DNA of 64,000 nt. It comes from Lingula anatina (lineage: Eukaryota > Animalia > Brachiopoda). The stretch covers positions 18,390,651 to 18,454,650 of the forward strand of contig CM120647.1 of NCBI GenBank assembly GCA_051362555.1, written 5' to 3'. The notes beneath the pieces were generated by a model. That model searched no databases. It saw nothing but the letters and a program-made list of their open reading frames with translations, and was not told where the DNA came from. A program made the position numbers and the translations under genes. The first letter of the stretch is position 1. Each line of letters begins with the position of its first letter. This document shows positions 37,501 through 47,591 of the stretch, piece by piece.

Positions 37501-40500
37501 TTTTGGTGGTTCTAAGGCGGAAATTGCTTTTGTTTTCTCGGGATCACTACTGATACCATCGGGGGTCACAATGTAGCCTAAAAGTTTAATTTCTTGTTGG
37601 GCAAATGAACACTTTGAAGGTTTTAATTTTAAACCGGCGTTGCGCAATCGCTGAAATACCTGACGTAAATGTTCTGCATGTTCTTCTTTTGTCTTACTAA
37701 ACACGCAAATATCATCCAGATAAACAAAACATGATACTCCGATAAGGCCACTCAGAACCGAATCCATCATGCGTTGAAAATACGCAGGTGTAATGGACAA
37801 CCCAAAAGGACAACGTAAGTATTCAAATTGACCCAGATGACAAACAAATGCTGTCTTTTCAATATCCTTTTCAGCAATGCGAATTTGTGTGTACCCTGAA
37901 CGACAATCTAGTACTGAAAACCACTGTGCTCCACTCACCTGATCAAAGATGTCCTGAATGAGGGGTAGCGGGTACCTTGCGGGTGTAATAAGCTCGTTCA
38001 ATTTTCGGTAGTCCACACAAAATCTCGTGCTGCCATCCTTCTTTGGTACTAGTGTAACGGGAGAGGCCCATGGACTGAAACTTGGTTGAATCACATTATC
38101 TTTCAACATTTCTTCAATTTCAGATTCTATAAGTTTTCGCTTCGCTAGTGGTGTGCGATATGGTCTCTGTCTAATGGGCACATGATTACCCGTATCTATA
38201 GTCATCGGTTCCACGGTACTTAAACCGTGCGGTTCACCTTTTACACTAAACACATCATTAAAATCAGTCAAGACCTTATCTATTGCCTCGTGACCCACAG
38301 GAGTTGCTTTTAAAAGTGCGGTACATAAATCAGTATCTTGTTTGTCTTGATACTGTTTATATTCAACCAGCGGCCATTCCCTACGACACCAATACAGCGT
38401 ATTAGTGTCATAATTAATGACTCCCCTGTGTGCCTGAAGCGTGTCATTACCCAAAATCATTTGATGGTCAATATTGTCTACAATGAGCATCTCTACCACA
38501 TTTGCAAAGTCAATACGAATTTGAGCCGTTCCTAACACAGTAAGTTGCTGACCCGTTATACTAATGACGGGTTGTGTACTTTTCACTAATCTAGGTCTAC
38601 TAGTCATCGCACATAATTTCTTAAACACTGAGTAATGGAGCAGAGAGGTACTAGCGCCCGTGTCAACTAATGCTAAACAAGGTTCCCCATTTAAAGACAC
38701 ACTAACCCCCATACGAGCCTTCTTACGCCTCTCTGCTTGAACTAGTTTAAATGATCAAAAGGTTGCTGTTTCTTACGTAAAGCTTTGAGTTGGTAACATT
38801 CTGCCTTTACATGGCCTACTTTACCACAATGAAAACATTTTATCTGTCCGTCTGCCGTCCATCCCTTACTGTCCTTAGACGATTGAGGCGGTTTGCGTGG
38901 GTGCTGTCTTGTGTTGGATGACGTCATCGGTGGCTCGCGTTGAGCTGCGCTTTTCAACGCAGATAAGATCGACTCTTTTAGTTCGGTAGCCCATCGTGGT
39001 ACTTGGTCCACAGGTTGTGTCGCCCCGATTTCCATTGGCTCCTCTATGCGGCGTTGAGTGTTGCTATTTCGGTCTCCGTAGACGGTTTGAAATAGGAGAT
39101 CACCCACCTCTTCATTGTCCACGTATCTCATAGCTTCTTGCAACGTTGACGGTCGTCCCTTCCGTATCATGTCCTGGCGAGCTCGCCAATTGTTAAGTCT
39201 CAATCTTCGTCGGTTAGACTTTACGAGAGAATAATGTCACGTTAGATAACGCGCCGGTTCTTGGGCCTTAGTGTTGTGCGCCCAGCTGATCCAGTAAAAC
39301 GAACAAGATTCTCATTTGATGCAAGTGGAAATTTAATACTGTCTTTTGGAAAATATACAGAGGTTTCTTCTACATAGTAACTGTCAGTCCAAAATGTATA
39401 ATGATATCGCCAGAGCCAAAATACGATATGATTTCACCTTAAAACAGGGCAGCCTTTATAGATCATTCAGGAATTTTAATAACCAGGAAGAAATAACACT
39501 TGACTGAGCGCAGTCCTTTTGTCTCAGGCTTTGCCCCAACTCAGTCACCGTGTTTCCTGGATCACCATTATCCGCCCTAGCCTTCAAAGGCATTTCTAAA
39601 TTTTATCTCGTGCCATGTGCCCCGGTCACGATCATTCCCGAATGTCTATTGACTGCCCCCTGCTAAGCTTATCTTAGGATATGAATATTATTTTAATTAA
39701 TTATTTATATCAATCATAAAATACCCAAAGTGGTATTTTACAAGGGTATTATAAACAAGTGTACATTATTAGCTCATGTTGGAAAATCATTGAAAGTGAT
39801 GAAATCAGTTTTCTGGAGTTTTTCCTATTATGGATTTGCCCCTGTGCCTTAATAAAAAATTCCTCTTTGTAGGATGAGATCCGCATGCTGCGTCAAAAGC
39901 TGAAGGAAACAGAAATGATGGCAGACCAAGACAGATTTTTGAAAAATAAACTCTCTGACGACAGTTCTCACTTGGTGAAAGAAAACGCCTTGATCAACCA
40001 GCAAGTCTTAGAGTTACAGAAACAGTTGGATAGGGTAAGACAGTGTGGGGAATTCACAAATGCACATGCAAAGATGTTAATTTATATTCTTTTGTAAAAG
40101 AAGGTCCATTGTTTGCTGTTTGAGTGGTGTGGAGAATGAGAAAGTTGTAGCATTGCTAGGTTTGTTTTTTCTAAGCATTAAAAACATTATCTTTGGGTGA
40201 AGGGGAACACCGAAATCCATATTAACAAATGAGAACCATTCAAACCGTGCTAAATACACTCATGCCCACATGTTCATGAACATGGATGAATGCTGTGCAG
40301 CAGATTTGTGAATGCTACAAAATAAGCTGCCAGTAAAGATACATTGGAAAAACTGCAATTTTATACTGACGATATGGCCTTTAAAATTCCTAACTCTTAG
40401 CCTGCTCTTTTGTAAATTCTAGGAAAGAGAGCTCCGGGAGGCCACAGACACTCGGAGATCTGTGAACGCTGTGGAACTTGCTGCCAGTAAAGACAGAGAG

Positions 40501-42765
40501 AGCAAACTGCAATTTGAACTGAATAACACAAAAGAACAACTGAGACAAGAACAGGACAGAGTAAGACACTATATGGATCAGGTAATACTTTTTTGTTTAT
40601 TATTTATTATTATAAATTATAATTATTATGCAGTCTTCAACTTTAAACACAGTTATGAGGCAATTTACAATCAGCTTTAGTATAAAACTTGTGAAAAGAA
40701 ATATTTTTTAATTACTTGTCTAATTGTGCTGATGAAAAATTTTAATTTTGTTATAGACTATTTTTCCTGTATATAAATTCCATCTATGGACAAAGAGTTT
40801 GAGATTGATTCTGACTTCTGATTATTAAGAGTAATACAGTTAATAGTTTTATGCAGACCATTGGTACAAGTTATCAGATGGCTGGAAAAAATTTACTTTT
40901 AATTTAAAACGTCATGATAATTATAATATTTATTGATATTATGTTATTCCTAGCTCTCAGCTCAGGGCTCTACTTTGACGAGTACAGAATTAAACGCATC
41001 CTCCACACGCAGTCGTTTGGTAGAACTAGAAAGCGTGCACCGCAGCACGGAAGATGAGAATGCACAGCTGCGAAGAGACAAGGCCCTGCTCACGGATCAC
41101 ACTGCAGACCTGCAAAGACAGGTAGGGTTGGGATTGTCTTGGCAAAAATGACATCTATCTTTGTGTCATTGTATCTTCAAGGGGCAGTTTTTGTTTTGTA
41201 CAAAATTTTAATGGCTGTTATTGCAAGATGTACCTGGTACCCTGTTAAAAAGGAAAGGAAACTAGGAGAGTTCATTTGCAATTTTACTTCAGACATTTCA
41301 GAGTTGTAAATTCAAAATTGTACGTGAACTTTTTCCTTCTCATTCTATCCCTCAATTAACTACAACACAAAATGTTTCATTTTCAAACCTGTTGAAGGTC
41401 AGCTGTGGAATTGAAAGGGTGAAAAGTTCTACACAATTAAAGAAAAGTCTTCCCAAGTTGAGACTTGGGCTATAGTTACTTGATCAATTTCCAGATAGAG
41501 GAGAAAGAAAGGGAGATCACAAGGTTACGCTCCACAGTCGGTATTCAAGAGTCCCAACTGGACCAGCTGGAAGCTGTCAAAAATGCCGAGACAGCTTACC
41601 AAAATCAAAAATGGCGTGAATTTGAAAACTTAACAGACAGCATGCGCAATATGACCAGCACCATGGCGCGCTCTCGTAGCCCTAGTCCCAGCCCCAGAAT
41701 GAGAACACGGCTTTCTAACTACTAAAAAGTATTGAAATTATGTTTAATGTTTGACTTTTGTTTTATTTTCAATCTTTTGTGCAGAGTTTTGAATATTTGC
41801 TGAAGATATCTCCCCCCCCCCCCAAAAAAAAAAAAAAAAAAAAAAAAGAATAATAAATAAATAAATAAGAAGAAGAAAGAAAAGAAACAGAAAAAACAGA
41901 AATTATGTTGTTGGAACTCCTTGAATCATGATTAAAATGCCAACTCAATAAACAAAATAAAAACTTACATGCTCTGTGCAAGACAAATGTTTTTGATGTG
42001 TCTTTTTGCTCTACTTTCCTGAATGTTGCTGTTAAAACTAAACATGCTTTCCTTGAGATTTGTTTTCATTTATGAATTATTGACTTTATTATTATAATTA
42101 TTTTATGTCACTATGCTGACTTTTTACAGGCTCTTAACTTTTCTAATTACTGCTTTTTATTTATCCTTATAGAATTCAAATGTTGTGACTCATTTTTTCC
42201 ATATATTATTTTATATTATTGCTTGCATTTGATTAACTTATTTTTTCTTCATTCCTGTGTGAAGAATTGCAGCTATTAAACTAGTCTGTGTAGTATTTTT
42301 GTTTCAGTTTTGATGATCAGAAATCAAATTGTACTGTTAATTATTGTAATCAGAATATGAGATATTATTTTTCTATATATTTTTCAAATTGACAAGAATG
42401 AAGTCAGACTAAATTGTTTTCAGATAGCTTTTTGGATATGTTTGCCATGTTTGTGTAATGTGATTTCCCATTCTTTATTAACTAAAACAACAACATTATT
42501 GATCAGATTATTAAAAAATGATGAATGTATTATGTTTCAGCTTCAAGAAAAAGAAGCAGAAATCCTCCGTCTTCATGCCAGTGTTACGAGCCTCGGACAG
42601 CAGTTGAATGAACTAGAACACATCAAGAACATCGACTCAGCATATCAGAGTAGAAAATGGCAGGAATTTGAACAACTTGCAGACAGTATGAGAAACATGT
42701 CACACACGCTGGCGACTGTGACGTCACCACGCAGTGCACGGAGGACGGGTTTGAAGGAATATTGA
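27689..42765 (+). CDS. Uncharacterised coiled-coil protein (~540 aa) with Ser/Pro/Arg-rich N-terminus and two alternative last exons
   Basis: Exons 27689-27851, 29552-29672, 30048-30137, 30453-30531, 30807-30921, 31279-31463, 31820-31975, 39873-40034, 40423-40581, 40954-41121, then 41495-41725 or 42541-42765. All phases are consistent. Heptad-rich sequence, e.g. ESEYIKNLQQQVYFLELEANYLREQARKA. Confidence 0.85.
30138..30452 (+). other. U12-type (minor spliceosome) AT-AC intron
   Basis: 5' site ATATCCTTT, branch TTCCTTAAT at 30434-30442, terminal AC at 30451-30452. Removing it restores the frame NYL|REQ. Confidence 0.9.
32199..32750 (-). repeat. 3' LTR (552 bp)
   Basis: Matches 39191-39742 except one C/T difference (TTTTATCCCGTG vs TTTTATCTCGTG) by manual comparison. 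Confidence 0.97.
33278..35383 (-). CDS. env: Envelope glycoprotein, class I F-type fusion protein (errantivirus env / baculovirus F-like), 701 aa
   Basis: N-terminal hydrophobic signal (ILTWMALLLSA), furin site RPKR followed by fusion peptide GLLNFVGDAFHSLFGL, heptad region, Cys-rich ectodomain, N-glycosylation sequons, TM (LVIGTTTGSLLVIGVILMVICGY), basic stop-transfer and long tail. Located 3' of pol. Confidence 0.88.
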   Translation of the reverse strand: MSKSRGTTFVQTTEKGRGFKHILTWMALLLSARIHTDATSEVIPIPDGVLVTGRVDMAIQTTEWNLLVTVDRPVFTDDHWVQLAKLKLQIQNLIDSRTITRRNADLWMGRLDFCKEKFRTLTTLSITKYHYDSSHRLALRPKRGLLNFVGDAFHSLFGLSTDENLAEVTKIVQETRHQNKLLVHKVNDLVSVLNHTYDLIDEGRQSINNIQRYIRNFVTHNFPAVVSQLNITQGKLNNLYCASQIELAVSEYERMVSAFQTAMEKYLRQKASLELGRLTEELLPPDQLQDILTTATVNVTSLPIQPINWYYEHVVVNPAWGGETLIYRVKLPLIAQRVYQKYRILSFPAPYNTSGIAAKVIIPFTDVGIDPITGDIFHPSNCQGWRPIVCRSGPMFRPGIELCSRALITGQVKHRRACEIELTRYVQSQAVELALGDYALTTSWETIYTRCPRSPAVSHTLWPGVYLIHVSDGCSITATNFTLPGLKQRMGKVSVKALMVNDIKPLQVQNIIPASVALHVMKPDELTPLQPVKRILLSPISDEPNLFSIFFANKFRRQLVIGTTTGSLLVIGVILMVICGYRRCNWREIIKKRHHVNKRKLERSSGPNEECDNALYEPMSTDLELSHISAPDSPAHQRTVTANSTNDCETITYIPVELKATSDTLTVQGPEAQALKAQEQLALNESLPAPPLHMLMEQHAT
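35314..38751 (-). CDS. pol: Pol polyprotein (protease, reverse transcriptase, RNase H, integrase), uninterrupted
   Basis: LVDTGAS; SPWASPVTLVPKKDGSTRFCVDYRKLN; YLDD; YTDASNYAVG; TDHKPL; HHCC (H..GH...CPVC); D,D35E (GLDLIGP, ITDKGGEF, NGKTERVN). The frame is open back to the slippery site at 38751. Confidence 0.97.
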   Translation of the reverse strand, partial: FKLVQAERRKKARMGVSVSLNGEPCLALVDTGASTSLLHYSVFKKLCAMTSRPRLVKSTQPVISITGQQLTVLGTAQIRIDFANVVEMLIVDNIDHQMILGNDTLQAHRGVINYDTNTLYWCRREWPLVEYKQYQDKQDTDLCTALLKATPVGHEAIDKVLTDFNDVFSVKGEPHGLSTVEPMTIDTGNHVPIRQRPYRTPLAKRKLIESEIEEMLKDNVIQPSFSPWASPVTLVPKKDGSTRFCVDYRKLNELITPARYPLPLIQDIFDQVSGAQWFSVLDCRSGYTQIRIAEKDIEKTAFVCHLGQFEYLRCPFGLSITPAYFQRMMDSVLSGLIGVSCFVYLDDICVFSKTKEEHAEHLRQVFQRLRNAGLKLKPSKCSFAQQEIKLLGYIVTPDGISSDPEKTKAISALEPPKSVKGIRSFLGMCQYYSRTIPNFAHTASSLYKLTKKGEKYVWGDEQQQAFQTLKDQLCSNEIMAYPRTDRPYRLYTDASNYAVGGILVQVDDSGMERVIQYVSKSLSGPALRWSTLEREAYSLIFCVSKLRPYLIGSDFTIFTDHKPLRSLFTAEMRNTKVQRWAMLLSEFGAKIEYIQGKKNVRADVLSRLLPPEVATFDTDEWVDPDAIPDEDAAQRIPLEADDLLPEKLRGEQEEEFQAWFKNAGTEDSDLAVLDGLLYSVKKPLRTAAVYPRLVLPFQYREAVIQRCHEEIGHMGAAKTQHRVQEAYVWPGIRRDITSQLQRCPVCQVHKSRAQHAPFGEMPIPSYVMQIVGLDLIGPFRESDKGNRYILNAIDHLSGWVESYPIPNKTSLEVESVLAKDFFPRHGIPEIIITDKGGEFQSLSFRQFLTDLGINHRSTTGHNPESNGKTERVNRTIKELLAKLVDNDALQWENQLGNAVCAYRNSPSSSTGFTPFFLMYGRRGRLPLTKALKATSQTNALHGRLREMSKALRCAQVNLKNSRQYNRSRINAKANADLIQIGDTVVVKAQERLTLTSKWDPEWEVIDKWGKVFKIRNQLSGKIITVNRNKLRVVDPDIAWDEVRPRPLRNSRKKATSETAIIPPVPPLRDQLEEGTSHQQDDTDSDSAESETSLEWDSWTDREPQLRRPADHSYNTRYKKRAALCPSPEAQPSSKQRRKEGASSTS
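38742..39170 (-). CDS. gag: Truncated Gag: C-terminal/nucleocapsid part only (142 aa from first ATG)
   Basis: PSTLQEAM, EEPMEIG, zinc knuckle CFHCGKVGHVKAEC. Begins 1 nt after the PBS, so there is no room for a capsid domain. Confidence 0.8.
   Translation of the reverse strand: MIRKGRPSTLQEAMRYVDNEEVGDLLFQTVYGDRNSNTQRRIEEPMEIGATQPVDQVPRWATELKESILSALKSAAQREPPMTSSNTRQHPRKPPQSSKDSKGWTADGQIKCFHCGKVGHVKAECYQLKALRKKQQPFDHLN
38745..38751 (-). promoter_or_regulatory. -1 ribosomal frameshift slippery heptamer U UUA AAC
   Basis: Gag frame CAT TTA AAC TAG. The -1 frame continues CTA GTT CAA GCA GAG AGG CGT AAG AAG GCT CGT ATG into pol. Confidence 0.85.
39172..39188 (-). promoter_or_regulatory. Primer-binding site, probably tRNA-Arg(ACG)
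   Basis: TGGCGAGCTCGCCAGGA 2 nt after the 5' LTR. Resembles the complement of animal tRNA-Arg(ACG) 3' ends (...TCCTGGCNNGCTCGCCA). The tRNA identity is inferred. Confidence 0.75.
39191..39742 (-). repeat. 5' LTR (552 bp)
   Basis: Direct repeat of 32199-32750, adjacent to the PBS. Confidence 0.97.
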
Positions 42766-45657
42766 TAGTGATGTTCGAGGCAAAATGGGAAATTTTCATC
42801 AGGGGTGTTTTAAGAAAAAATTTATTCAGAATAAAAAAATTTGAAATAGACTTTTAAGAAAATGATACAAAGGGGCCAATTTGTCTTTGATTATTGTTCA
42901 GGTTTTAACTATTTGTTTTACTTTTTATTGCTGTTGCCCATCCATTTTCAATCAGAATCCTGCTTTCACATAATATTTTATTGTTAATAGCAAAAGTATA
43001 CTAATAAAGAAGTCAAGATTCTCTTATAGCAACTGTCATTCTCCATACTGATGTAGTTTTAATTTTTTTTTACGGATGTTACAAAGTTATTTTATTGTTA
43101 TTATAATTATAAACCCACAACTTCTTGGATCATTAAATGACATGGCCATACATGACAAATAATATTTAGGATATCTGGTCTCAAAGTGCTTATTATAAGT
43201 TATTATTATAGCATTAGTGAATACAATATGAAATTAATCTATACCTCATTTAACAATTATCTTTGACTTATTATCAAATTGATAGTTTTTCCTACTTTTT
43301 ATGGAGAATTATTGTTAAGAAAATATAGGAAAGGTTATGAAGCAGGTTGTAAAAGTCTGACTTTCAGATACATTTTTATGTAAGTGTGGATACTGCATGA
43401 AGTGAACATTATAACATGCATCAGGTCATTGCCAAAAAAAAAAAAAAAAAGGGGAAAAAGGATAAAAAATGAAAAGATAAAGTAGGAAAGAAAAATAATT
43501 ATTCAACAAATTTCTCAAACGTGATGAAAAAAATTGTTCCTATACAGATCTTTATTTTTGTAATTGTATTTGAAAATGTTCAAAGATAAAATGTTTGGTG
43601 GTAACAACAGGGTACCTGTTTGAGGTTTTTTATCATTATTTTTTTATTATTTTGAATACTGTGGTGTTTAAAGAGGATGATGTTTTAGGAGTTTTAAAAA
43701 TTTCATGTTTTTAATGTTTTTCAGTTTATTTTACAAAATATAGTACAAGTAGACTAGAGAATTGAAAATGAAGACACTTATTTTTATGTTTCAGTTAAAT
43801 TAAACAGCACTTGTATTATTATGTAATAACAAATGACTGATTTTTCATACATTTCTTTATATATTGTGAGATTTTCCCCCTTTTCTTTGTTTTTGAATTG
43901 ATCAAATCAACTTATAATCAACACCATGCATTTTACCAACTCTGCTTACTGTTACTGTAAATCACATTTAGGAGTTGTGTTTATAACAAGTTTTTAAACA
44001 TTTCTACGTGTAATTTAATGAGTTTTCCCATTTACACTCTTGCTAGAAAATGATTCTAGATTCATTATTCATTAACTTTATCATCTCATTGGATATATTT
44101 AGAAAATGTGAACATTTTTTGTTCATTTTCTAGTAGCATTTTGTTTTAGATTTCAATTTGCTTAATGTTGTAGATTGAAATTGTGAATTCAAATAAATTT
44201 TGCTCAAATGAAATTTATATTTTATAATTATCCTATGAGAGACATGGGTTGCGGTCATAACTTACAGTTTGTTGATTTCCTTTCACATAAAGTATTAGTA
44301 AAACATTTAAAAAAGCCTTGAAGTTTTGGGTAAGAAAATTTATAGAAGACCAGTCTTGGCAACATATATAAAAGATCATGGTCTGCCAGATTTTGTGGTC
44401 AGATACACTTTAAATTTTCAGTTCATCAGAGGAAATAAACTCGCCTCATGACAAAGGCTTCCTGATAGTGGCGAGGTGAGTTTAGTGTCCTCTGTACCTC
44501 AGGTCCACCCCCAACCCCCCCCCCCCCCCAACCTCTCTCCTACTTTATACTAGAGGCCAACTGAGTGATGGAATCAATTCCATACAAATGTTCCCAATGG
44601 ACAGCAGAAAAACTGTTATGTATAAGCCAGAGACATATCTGTAAATATCTAGTGAAAAATCAATCTGTGACCCTGGTAGAGTGTACCCCCCCCCCCCCCC
44701 CCCAAGCATTATGTTCCCTAATTCTCCAGTGCTACATACTGTGACTAAAATACGCTGTTATTCTTTTTTTTTTAAATAAGATCTTTATTGAAGCAAGGAT
44801 ACAGTTTATTTTAAGCAACTCCTAGTGACATGGTTTCCTTATAATCAACCAAACAGCAAAATTTAATACTAATGTATTTCGATGCTTCAATTGCAATAAC
44901 GCCTTTCTATGATCAAAGTAAAACAATATCTGCTCTTCACTCCACTTTTTGTTGTCCCAGCAAGTAAGTAAATGATTATAGATCATAGAACTTTTCCACA
45001 GTTCACTAAGAATATTTCTTTTCCAGCCTCCATTTTAATTCATCTATTAGATAATAATATAGCAGTTAACATGTGGCATATTAAACAGGTTTTTGCCATA
45101 AATTGACCTAGACAAGAACAAGAAGTCAATCTCTGACCAATTCAATAATCATGAAAATAAATTTATAAGATGAGACTAAAATCAAGCTCAATATTTTGTG
45201 ACCACTTTTACATTTTGCATCATTTGCTATTCAAAAAAAAAAAAAATTGTAATATAAAATCAATTACTACTATAGTGATGTTAACTCTGTAACATCTTTT
45301 TCATAAAATTAATGTAATTCATTGCTAATTTTGCTAAATATTACAACTTTAGTCAATGTAAGATGACATAAATATCTATTACAATGATTAATTTCAATGA
45401 GCACAGCATATTAGCATATTAGTTTATACATGAGAACATGGCTATGCAATATAGATGTCAAATTGAAATCATGCCCACACGCATTAAATTTTGGCTTTGA
45501 AGTATGACTGCTAAGCCCACGCGTGTGGAGGTATGCTTTCAGTTACAGTGTAGAAATTGAACAGTTTTAAAATTTCATGACAAATTTATACAGCTGGATG
45601 CCAAAAGGGCCTAAAACCCCCAATTATATCAATGACATGCGGTCGTACAGACTATCA

Positions 45658-45862
45658 GGGGCCATTCAGAATGAATTAGGTTAATCTAGTTGGTGATAAC
45701 ATACATCCGTCCAAAGCACTCATATCATCACCAGCTTTTCTGTATTCTACTCAATGCCAGGGGGAAGCATGTTGGTCTGTTAATCTGACTGCATTCAGCG
45801 AGAGTCTCCATGGAGTTAGGGTCACACCAGCTAGGTCAACCTTATTCATTCTGAATGGCCCC
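45658..45862. mobile_element. PIF/Harbinger-like MITE
   Basis: TIRs GGGGCCATTCAGAATGAAT / ATTCATTCTGAATGGCCCC, flanks TCA / TTA. Confidence 0.75.
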
Positions 45863-47078
45863 TTACAGGTGTAAGTTTAACTGTAAAGTTTGTCTAATTT
45901 TTGACAGCCATTTTGGTTTTATTTATGATAACTATATTTTTCCACTATGAAATTATCGCATAAACATATGTACAGCTCTTTTATTTTACAATGCTCTTGG
46001 TATTTTGATTAATTATTTTAATGCATGAATAGACGCCAGCTCATCATAATCTTTTCAATGATATTCCTTCAAAGGGAACATAAAAAGGAATCCTCCAATA
46101 TTATTTACTACTAATCTAGTAATACATTTTTTTCTTTTTGCAGACCCCTTTTAATCGGTGTTTCTTTTAAACTACACAACAATACAGCAATGGCATTGGG
46201 TGTTTATGAGATAAACTAGAATAGTTAATCTATTCATACACCAGTTCCACTTGTGAACATTGAAAGAAATAATCCATATTTCAAAAATGAAATTTTTTTT
46301 TTTAACAAATGCTATTTACATGACAAGAAACTAGTAATCCTTTCAAGAAATAAAAAAACTTCTGTGTTATCGGTTATTCAGAAATTTTGAAAATTCTTGC
46401 AATGTGAGCTTGTTTAGGACTTCAATAGCAGTTGTGTCCTTAAATGAACTGATATGACCATATACTTATATATTATATATAAATTATATTATATTAGCAC
46501 ATAAGTTGTTATGCTTTATTAATAATATGTAACAAATAGGGCAAATACTTCATATTACTATACTATACTATACCTCTACCTTTACATCTTCCAATATCTT
46601 CTTTAATCATTGCTCTAAGTTATAAGTAAATTTAAAAGTAATATGTATTGAGCATTATAGTACAGCAAATAACATTTTCTCATACTTTTCTCTGGATCCC
46701 TACAGTACACTTTAATACAGCTAAAATCAATACAGCTGTGAGTGTACGTACACATACATTACAATTAAATGTTTTATGTGACGTACCATTATAAATTGAC
46801 AGAACAAATTGATAAAATCTTATCAATTTCTGCTTAGACCCATCTTATACCAGAGTAAACCTAGACTATATCCAGCCTACAGAACTCTAATTATATGTAC
46901 ATAAGCCATAAAGATATCAATTTCATATACCATGAAAATGAAAAACAAGATTAATCCTCTTTCAATCAATCGATGTTCAACTTAAAAAATCATGCTCCTA
47001 TCCTGCAAATAATAATTCTATCCCATGAGCTCAGAATCTATTCACGTAACTGCTAACATTTGTACCTATGCAAAAAAA

Positions 47079-47117
<39 letters not shown>

Positions 47118-47591
47118 AATAAAAAATAAAAATCACCATTTTCTCTGTGCCTTGTAACCTGGAGATGCTTGGTGACATCTTTTCTTCTTTTCACAATCTT
47201 AACAATTCCTTAGTTTGAAAGAAGAGAGAGTTAAGGTGGACTTGTCTATGCTTTAAGGTATCCAGAGCACATTGCTGAGCTTTGACCAGAACAGAATGGC
47301 AAGGGAAATGTCATTATGCCCTTATTGCCTATGGCAAAGTGGCCCATGATGCACAGTGCAGACAACCAGCATGTTGCCATTATTAAAACAGTGAGAGAAA
47401 GTGGCAGGGGTGGGGGAGAAATTCAGTTCCAAAGAGCTCAAATCCTTTAAGCAGTTACTCTTGAAATTCCGCCTCTTGCTTCAAAAAATTTTTAAGGCAG
47501 TTTAACCAACATTTCTTGTTTTCTGAGCCCCAAACTTTTATGCACCAACTCTGAAAGATTTTTGCATTCTGTTCCTTGATCTTACTAGGAT

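Larger units (their letters stand above)
32199..39742 (-). mobile_element. Ty3/gypsy LTR retrotransposon carrying env (endogenous retrovirus-like), 7544 bp, antisense in intron 7 of the coiled-coil gene
   Basis: Two 552-bp TG...CA LTRs, AGGG target-site duplication (32195-32198 and 39743-39746), PBS, gag remnant, pol (PR-RT-RH-IN) and env. Confidence 0.97.

Noticed and set aside
38742-39203. 153-aa gag ORF as listed, starting inside the LTR
   Set aside because: The listed start is a non-ATG codon within the LTR and reads through the PBS. The first ATG is at 39170.
42766-47591. Long interval between convergent genes searched for hidden genes or RNA genes
   Set aside because: Only AT-rich UTR-like sequence, homopolymers, one MITE and a small imperfect hairpin (~44427-44495) were found. 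No supportable exon chain or tRNA.
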